Shown here: piece by piece, positions 56,169-64,000 of the stretch | How positions within the stretch are numbered: the stretch's first letter is position 1 | How the letters are laid out: each line of letters starts with the position of its first letter | Assembly (NCBI GenBank): GCA_964016885.1 | Contig: OZ024740.1 | Location: 185,380,001 to 185,444,000, forward strand | Length of the DNA stretch: 64,000 bases | From: Eledone cirrhosa | Lineage: Eukaryota | Direction of reading: 5' to 3' | Made by a program: the position numbers and the translations under genes | Notes under the pieces: model-generated | Told to the model about the DNA's origin: nothing | The model's database searches: none | Seen by the model: only the letters and a program-made list of their open reading frames with translations

Positions 56169-56169
<1 letters not shown>
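55910..56169. mobile_element. Fold-back element with perfect 84-bp inverted arms
   Basis: 55992-56075 is the exact reverse complement of 56086-56169 (10-nt spacer). Related copies at 13088, 55490 and 58430. Confidence 0.85.
56094..56144 (+). ncRNA. Type I hammerhead-like fold with variant core (CAGAAGA); identical copy on the minus strand at 56017-56067
   Basis: Stem I AGTTT/AAACT; stem II CCC/GGG with GTTAA loop; GAAA; stem III A-GCA/TGC-T; CUU cleavage triplet. Confidence 0.55.
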
Positions 56170-56234
<65 letters not shown>

Positions 56235-56402
56235 GAAACAAAATGAAAACGAAATTTCATTTTGTATATATATGTGTGTATGGTTATGTGTGTGTGTATA
56301 TTTGAGCGTGTATATGTCTTTTTAATATAATGGTTTTGTGTGTATATATATAATAGCCTCAGAAACGGGTTGAGCTCTGCCGCGGGGTCAGACTTTTTCC
56401 TA

Positions 56403-56448
<46 letters not shown>

Positions 56449-56526
56449 TATACGTAATTGTATCTGTGTGTGTATTTCTGTGGTTGTGTTTGTGTGTCTG
56501 TATGTATGTATATATATATGTATATG

Positions 56527-56623
<97 letters not shown>

Positions 56624-56754
56624 TGGAGTTAAACAAGGTTCAAATGAATTATCTAAGAATTAGTTTTACACACACATATTATATGTGTGTATTTGTATTT
56701 GTATGTGTTTGTGATACGTATATATATGTATGTGTATATGTGTATGTATGTGTA

Positions 56755-56805
<51 letters not shown>

Positions 56806-57055
56806 GAGTTAAACAAGGTTCAAAATAATGAATTCATTATTTTGAAAATTTGGAGGTGAACAGCAATTATTATTGAGTGGCTTCTATTTGCAGTATAGCG
56901 ATATAAGGTTGCACTTACCAATGAAACGGTCGTAAATACCTGGATAAAATTATTGTTTATGCTTACCTGTGATTCCTCTTTTATTCTAAATATATATATA
57001 TATATATATATATTATGTATATATAATATATATATATATTAATTATATATATATA

Positions 57056-57138
<83 letters not shown>

Positions 57139-57857
57139 TATGTAATATGAGAAATTAAATTTCGTTTCATTTTTTCCGTATATATACATATGTATATATA
57201 TAAAATATATATATATATCAGATATAATATATGTATATATATATATATTATATATATATATAATATATGTATATATATTATATATATAATACATGTATAT
57301 ATATTATATATATAATAACACACTCACAAACATATATATATATATGTGTGCTCAACAAAAACGTAAAAATACTAATTGGATCTGATACTAAAAATATAAT
57401 CACTCCGAATGAGATGGCCGAACAAATGATGAGCCTCGTACGTCAATTTGTAGGGAAGTGTCGAATCATTATATATCTGCACGTTGAACAGAAGGAATGG
57501 TAATTGTGTATATTCGCAACAAATTAAATAATGTCAGACAGCTGAAAAATGACAATGATTGTTATTAATATGTGATTGAACAATTTTTCAACTGATGACT
57601 GGAAATCGATTAGGTTAATAATCATTATCAGAGATCAACGAAATGCAACAAGAGCAACATATTCGGAGACATACTTGTAGTGTTTAATCAACATCAATTT
57701 TCTCTTTTATACGATTCGTCTGTTTGTTTATAGAATTGTTTAAAGTATATAAACTGACAATCGAAATCTTCATCCGAAGAAAAACGCACACACACATGCA
57801 TACACACACGCACTCTTATGTATACATAAATAAATATATATATATATATATAAGTTT

Positions 57858-57905
57858 ATCCCGGGTTCAATCGGGGGGTAACCACAGTAATTAAGGTACT
57901 CAATA
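57858..57905 (+). repeat. Terminal fragment of the 49887 family
   Basis: ATCCCGGGTTCAATCGGGGGTAACCACAGTAATTAAGGTACTCAATA. Confidence 0.75.
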
Positions 57906-58424
57906 TCCATTTATATGTATATACTTATTAAAAACAGAATGATTGACTGAAAACTTTCTCTGTGAGATTACTTAGCTAAGTGCTGTAAACATATCATGGT
58001 CATTTAAATCAAAGTAAACACATGAATATACTAGTTATAATATACGTGAATATATTCGCGTACATGCATGTATATATAAAAACAGGCTGCAATCCACCTA
58101 AGCAGGAGCAGGAAGGCAATAACAATATCTCATAGCCAGTTATCTAGTGATTGAATTAATTCATATTTAGAATAAGAGGAAATATTTCAGGAGATCCGTT
58201 GTTTTCGAATAACTACCTAATATATTTCCCAGTTTAGAAATGATGCCCCTTCTTTGATCTTATAACTCATTTGATGTGTACGGTAAAGTAGAGTATTAAG
58301 TAGAGTAAAGCAGAAATTAATTTGAATACATTTATGTTTCTTCATCGAGATATTTGTATCTAGATTTTGGTCTATACATTCATATACACAAACCTGCTGC
58401 CATATGTGCGCTTATATATATATA

Positions 58425-58560
58425 TAGTAATAATAATAAATTTGAAGACTAAAATCCAAAGAGGTCTCGATAAGGATAAATATATATCAGATATATAAGA
58501 ACCGTAGAGCAAATATTTATTAAAATAACAGATTAAATGTTAAGCAAAGAATCGCTGCTT
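58425..58560 (+). mobile_element. Truncated copy of the 55910 family
   Basis: TTGAAGACTAAAATCCAAAGAG...ACCGTAGAGCAAATATTTATTAAAATAACAG...AATCGCTGCTT, following (TA)n. Confidence 0.8.
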
Positions 58561-59474
58561 AACATGTACATGAATACATGAATATAACATGGTTGGTATA
58601 AAAGACCACCATAAAAACAACCCTATAAAATGTATTAGCTTTTTGTTCAATTTCAATTTCTGCACCCTAGTGACTGATAAATGGCATCTATAATTAACAT
58701 ATTTGTAAAAGAGAATATAAACTCACCCATAGCAATTTCTATTTATGAATGAAAATCGCATATTACTTTCCTTCTTCCTGTCTTATTCTCAGTGGAATGC
58801 GTTATATCACATTAGAGCTTATTTCTGACCCTTAATGAGACAGACAGTCGTATCTGCGAAATATATTGTAGTGAAATCTCTCAAGTTAATAGCCTATTAC
58901 GCATTATGTCTTTCTTCAGAAGGCAACTGTATTATGAGGTAATATTTTTTCATGTCATTACAATTTAATTCATACATAAAGCATAAAAGACATTTATATA
59001 GGTACTCAAAAACTGTGAGAAGGTCCAGTTATGCATTAAAATCTGTTTAGCTTTATTGCTTAGATGTCTTTGAATTGATATGTTAAATAGAAAATGCTTA
59101 TCTCTTTAGAGACTTCATTTCATATGGTTAATATATAACGTATATATATTTCTATATAATTATTTCTTTTGATTGTGTCGAGTGAAATGCTGTAGTTTAG
59201 AAATATGTCCTTCGGCTGCATTATAATTGTAATACAGTTCCATTAGTATCCTAAGCAATTTTACTTCCCATGCATATCTAATGCCCTTGAGAAAAGCATA
59301 CTTATAACAGAACTTATATATTTACACGAAATATACAGAGCTTTCGTATAAGGTTGTTCAAATGAGATACATTTTGTCAATTATTGCTTGAGTTAAATAT
59401 GAGTCTTAAAATGTTGATTTGAAAATCTGATATATTAACTTTTGAAATATCGTTCTACGTTCATTTTTCATAAT

Positions 59475-59885
59475 TGCATGGGTTGGACGAAGATAGGAGC
59501 TTATTGTGTCATGGGTGTTAAACGATCAAGCCAATAGAATCCAAGTCAGAGGCTTCTCATTCATGTTGGAGTTTTATTTCTCTTGTTGACCTCCACAGCT
59601 AATCGTTTAGGTCAGTTTTTTAAGGGGGATAGCCGTAATCACCAGGCCTGGCCAATTGCAAGTTGTTGAGACTATTTAACCCATAGTTGGTGTGGATGGC
59701 TGTTGAATCTGAGGTGTTTATCAGCCCCTTTAACTGATCTTGTCCTTCGCGCTGCTGGCGTCCCACTTACCTTCCCTTCCAGACCAAGGTCTGATGTATG
59801 AGCCGATTTAGTTGCCCACCACTCGACCCTGAAGCAAAGTGTACTGAATTACAGGGTGCCAGTAGTTGGCAGAAACCTGTTAAGT
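59475..59885 (-). mobile_element. Probable RTE-related non-autonomous retroelement fragment
   Basis: GC-richer block whose minus strand ends GTCCAACCCATGC, a tail I associate with RTE/SINE 3' ends. No ORF recognised. Confidence 0.35.
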
Positions 59886-60367
59886 GATCAACTGTACAAC
59901 ATTCTTTCCTAAAGACACCTGTTTACAGCAGGATATTCATTTGCTGTTACGTTAACTGACGTAACGTAAAATTCACTCATCATCGGCCCAAAACCGTAAC
60001 CATTAAGCCATGCACCTGAAGTAATACCCGATAAAATATTATATGAGCTATAGATACTGTTCTTTGTTGAATAGACTTTTCCACTGAAATGCCTTGCAAT
60101 TACTTCATTCACGTATTGTTTCAAATGGTAATTTGTTGTAACATACATCAAACGGCATACAATGGCTCTTTCTGTTGGATATTAGTAATAATATAGCATA
60201 CCATTCCTGCGTTACGTGACTGGTGGACATCTGATGTTTAATATACCAGAAAAGGCCATGATAGAATCTACATTGTGCCGTTCAAGTCAGTTTCTTCTTC
60301 CGCTATCGGCGCAGTTCACCCGCCGAAGAGGGTGCAAGAGCATACAGCAGGTTATTATATATAAACA

Positions 60368-61916
60368 CTAGCAACAGGACACGGCGTCGCACGGGATAGA
60401 AAACGTGAAATGCAAAGATTGCGGAATGTAGCTGTGCACTTTTTGAATTCCCTTATTCCCAGGGAATGATTGTTCATCTACTGGAAACGTCGAACACCAT
60501 CAGGCCCGAATCGTGAAACATCTGCATGCATGTGCAAAATCTGAAGAAAATCAGCTGGATACTCTTTAAGCCTACTAAATCTTAGAGTATGAATTTTCTT
60601 CTATTTGGAGAAAATCGGTTAGGTACGTTTCGAGTTTTATAGATTTCCACCCGGTCATCCGGACAGACATCATCAGTTATGTTTATTGCACATGCATGCA
60701 TACTGTACAGAGTAAAACCTGCAATGCTTGAATAAGACAGGTCATGCAACCGCACAGCATGTTGGGCCTTCCCCACAGGAGACCATAGTCTCTTCGTAAT
60801 CTGATATAGACCGAACTGTTACATCGGATGCCGAACGCTTCGGTGTTACTATTGGGGCCACCATCAACAATTTCAAGTGGGGGCCTTAAAAAGGGCCTTG
60901 TATTTGTTCACATGTAGCACTTAAAAGGACATTCTATGCGTTCTGGCAGCCATTCAAATGAATTTGGTTGCTTTCCCTGGCAGCCCATAGAATGGCTCTG
61001 TATGCGTTCAGGATTTGCCTTAAATTGTCGCGGCAATTGTCAACCAACGGAGGGTTTCTTCTCTGGAGGTATTCACCTTAAAACAAAGGAAACCGGCGAG
61101 GCATGTTAAAGTAATGGCGATATTAGCGCGGCAACTCACCTGCAGCAGAAGGGGGTCATAGTGCAATTAGCACAAACACTGGGTAGCACTGGTTGCACTG
61201 CATTTACACAGCAACATGGGTGCGACAAAAGGGTCACCGCGGAATTAGCACAACTGCTGTTCGGCGTACTTGCGTATGACGTTCATAGTGCGGTGTAGGT
61301 GCAACAAAAGGGGTCTTACTAGAGGTAGCACAAACGTGAGTTTTACGCTGTCAATAACACGGCAACGTACACGCGGTCCGGATTTGCGCGTGATGAAATC
61401 ACGAAGCGTCAACAGGGCACCGACAAACATTTTAAGGTCCTCCTCATTTCCTTAATCCCCAGGAAATGGTCCTCTTAAAAGTAAGTAAGTGTGATGTGCT
61501 CTGTTAAATAAACCAAATTAGAACGAAATATTATGCTACATACGATATTTTACTAGCGTTTATATTGAAAATAAAAGTGGCATGTAATGCCCAATGCTAA
61601 TTCCTAAATTTCCTAGGAACCATCAACGGAATCGGAAATTCTTTTTGTTCACAGAAATGCGAGAGGTCTAACTAATGTGTGCTGTAAACTTTGAGGAAAT
61701 CGGCTGGATTTTCTTTAGGTTACGCCTCAAAAAAGCCTAAAAATGCCTTTAAAATGCGGGTCCTAGGGCAGAAAAGTTATAATTCCTTTAGCCCGTTGCA
61801 CTTCAAGAAATATAAGTAACCTATGTGTAAAGTTTGAAAAAAATCGGTCGGATACTTCACCGAACTTTTAGGGATTTACACAGACAGGCATACATCCTCT
61901 GTTTTATATAGAGAGA
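60368..61916 (-). mobile_element. Non-autonomous Helitron (~1.55 kb)
   Basis: Minus strand A|TCTCTCTATATAAAACAGAGGATGTATGCCTGTCTGTG ... CCCGTGCGACGCCGTG...GCTAG|T. Repeated subterminal AA.TTTGA..AAATCGG motifs. Confidence 0.82.
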
Positions 61917-62099
61917 TTTTATAGCTTGGATAGAAAATTAGTAACGTAATCCACTCAGATAGTCTATATTTTACATAGTTTAATAACTTACGTTATTAAA
62001 AGCTTTTATATATATTTAAGAAGTAACCTTTTTTTTTATCAAAACAAGTTTTCAAAATGGAAAAAAAAAGATGAAAAGGACACACAGAAAGCAGGTTCA

Positions 62100-63010
62100 A
62101 ACAACGAAAGAAAGGGAGATGGTGAGGGACAGTCACTACACACCCGTCTAAACGGTGTATCATCCGCGATCAAAGCGGCAAAACGTTACAACGAAGAATG
62201 GCCAGAGGCACCCGCTGAAACAGCCACCACATCTTACCGGGCTCCCTCCTAAAGCGGGTCGCGCTCTTCTGGACTTTACAGAGGAAATCAGCAGTGCTGG
62301 TACCACGGACATCAGAGATCCGACGGAGACCGGTGCAAAGAGTAAGCTGTTGTTCCGGCCTCAGTATTTAACTACCTTCCTGTCATCTGCACAGCGGGTA
62401 GCGGGTCTCAAGTTTGTTGTGAAAGTAACATGGTTGGATTCAGAGGAGGAGACGCTTCACATCGCGTGCCAAATTAGGGATAAGAACACTCCTTCTGATG
62501 ATGTTGCTTCGACGATGTCTGCATGTTTGGTCTCCAGCTACTCACTTACAGTTTTCGGGAGAATTGGAGAGCCAAGAATGCAGTCAGACGACGTACTTCG
62601 AGTTCAGCCGAGCTCTGGTCAGCACAAGATCGATGCTGAGTACAGCGTCTTGGAATATGAATTTGCCGTAGCTCACATTGATGACCCCGGAATTTGACTG
62701 GTTGATCTCCAGACCTAGATACAATAGGGTAGGAATTATCTGCTGCACGTTCTCAGCAAAGCGTTCAACTGAGCCTCTTAGAGTCGCGCTGTCGCAGTAC
62801 CAGATATTGAAAAGCAAGCCGGCTCTGGGAGACCGCATCAACAGCCAGTGCAAAAAGGAGCCGGCCGAGTGGGTCCCTTTGCTGCAATAAGGTGACCCGA
62901 CGCAATGACGTGCTCCCGCATAACGCCTTTGAAATCGTTAAGAATGTCCAGCTTCACTAGGAGCTGAAGTGACGAAAGAGGTGTATGTTTTATGTCGTGT
63001 CTGAGCACAT
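62100..63010 (-). mobile_element. Internally deleted CRE-clade retrotransposon (RT fragments + endonuclease tail)
   Basis: Minus strand LVKLDILNDF, QQRDPLGRLLFALAVD, FNIWYCDSATLRG...LGLEINQS (cf. KLDFxNAF, QQGDPLGPLLF, WYLDDGT), then DDRKVVKY...LFAPVSV and LFQRVPLAILRCN. Confidence 0.78.
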
Positions 63011-63794
63011 GAGCTCATACCTCACATTCACACTTTACTCCCTCACATTCACACTTTACTCCCACCCTGAGCTGACCACGTCCGATTATAGTGAAGCTAT
63101 ATCTATAGATCGCTAATCATTTTAATAAATGGAGAAATTATAAGAAGGCGTGGAATTGAAACGTCTATTATTAGATTTAAATTAGTGATTCTTTAACCTG
63201 AGTATATTATGAATATAATATATAACCTAGAAAGAATGGAGGAACAATTATTACAGCAATATTCAATGAAACGAAAATGTAGAATGTACAAGAGTAGGGA
63301 AATTTGGGAAACTTTCCAAACTTGAATATCATTCAATGAAAGAAAATAGTGTCTTTATTATACTGTTTAACGAGAGTTTACATAAAAATAGGCACGAAGG
63401 CTATACCAATTACGTCCAATCTTACTTCCTCAACATTTTAAAATAGACAATCTTTCGATAAATTGACTCTCAAGAATATCTTAACGCTAGAAAAGGAATT
63501 ATATCACACTAATGAGCGATATAAATGTGCGTTTGTGTGTATATAATTTCTAACACATCTATTTCTTGTTTTAAGCAAGAAAATATGTTTTTCAATAGTA
63601 CGTCACTCTAAATGTGTAACGTATTTGAGCAGAATCTTTAGTCTGCCAGCTATAACATTGTTATACACTTATCAACTTCATTTTCACAACGTTGGCTTCT
63701 TTCAAAATCATGCGTTCAATATTTTCAATATGTTGGACTGTTCAAATAATCATATATAGTAGTGAAACAGCTGTAATTACATACATAGGTACGT

Positions 63795-63978
<184 letters not shown>

Positions 63979-64000
63979 GTGCGGACTAATACATTCCCTC

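Noticed and set aside
56600-56830. Direct repeat TGGAGTTAAACAAGGTTCAAA twice after (TA)n
   Set aside because: Most simply a local microsatellite-mediated duplication or an assembly artefact.
62155-62697. 180-aa plus-strand ORF
   Set aside because: Antisense to the CRE remnant; all recognisable motifs are on the minus strand.

Overview
AT-rich, microsatellite-dense eukaryotic DNA. The SINE families and (TA)n/(CA)n density suggest an octopod cephalopod genome (inference). No host protein-coding gene can be supported; nearly all ORFs in the track are microsatellite read-through. The recognisable content is mobile DNA: (1) a full-length but decayed L1/Tx1 non-LTR retrotransposon (13991-19746) embedded in a (TATC)n array, next to a 5'-truncated relative (19987-20903) embedded in a (TAT/TAC)n array with a 15-bp TSD; (2) two CRE-clade and several RTE-clade remnants; (3) two families of tRNA-derived SINEs; (4) two non-autonomous Helitrons (A|TC...CTAG|T), one carrying captured local repeats; (5) a Tc1/mariner-like palindromic MITE; (6) Penelope-like remnants. 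The most unusual signal is a set of short fold-back elements beside (TA)n tracts whose arms encode minimal type I hammerhead ribozyme folds on both strands. These include a family with a non-canonical CAGAAGA core, and most copies across four families have a U-U pair closing stem II. All calls come from reading and hand translation; no database searches were run.
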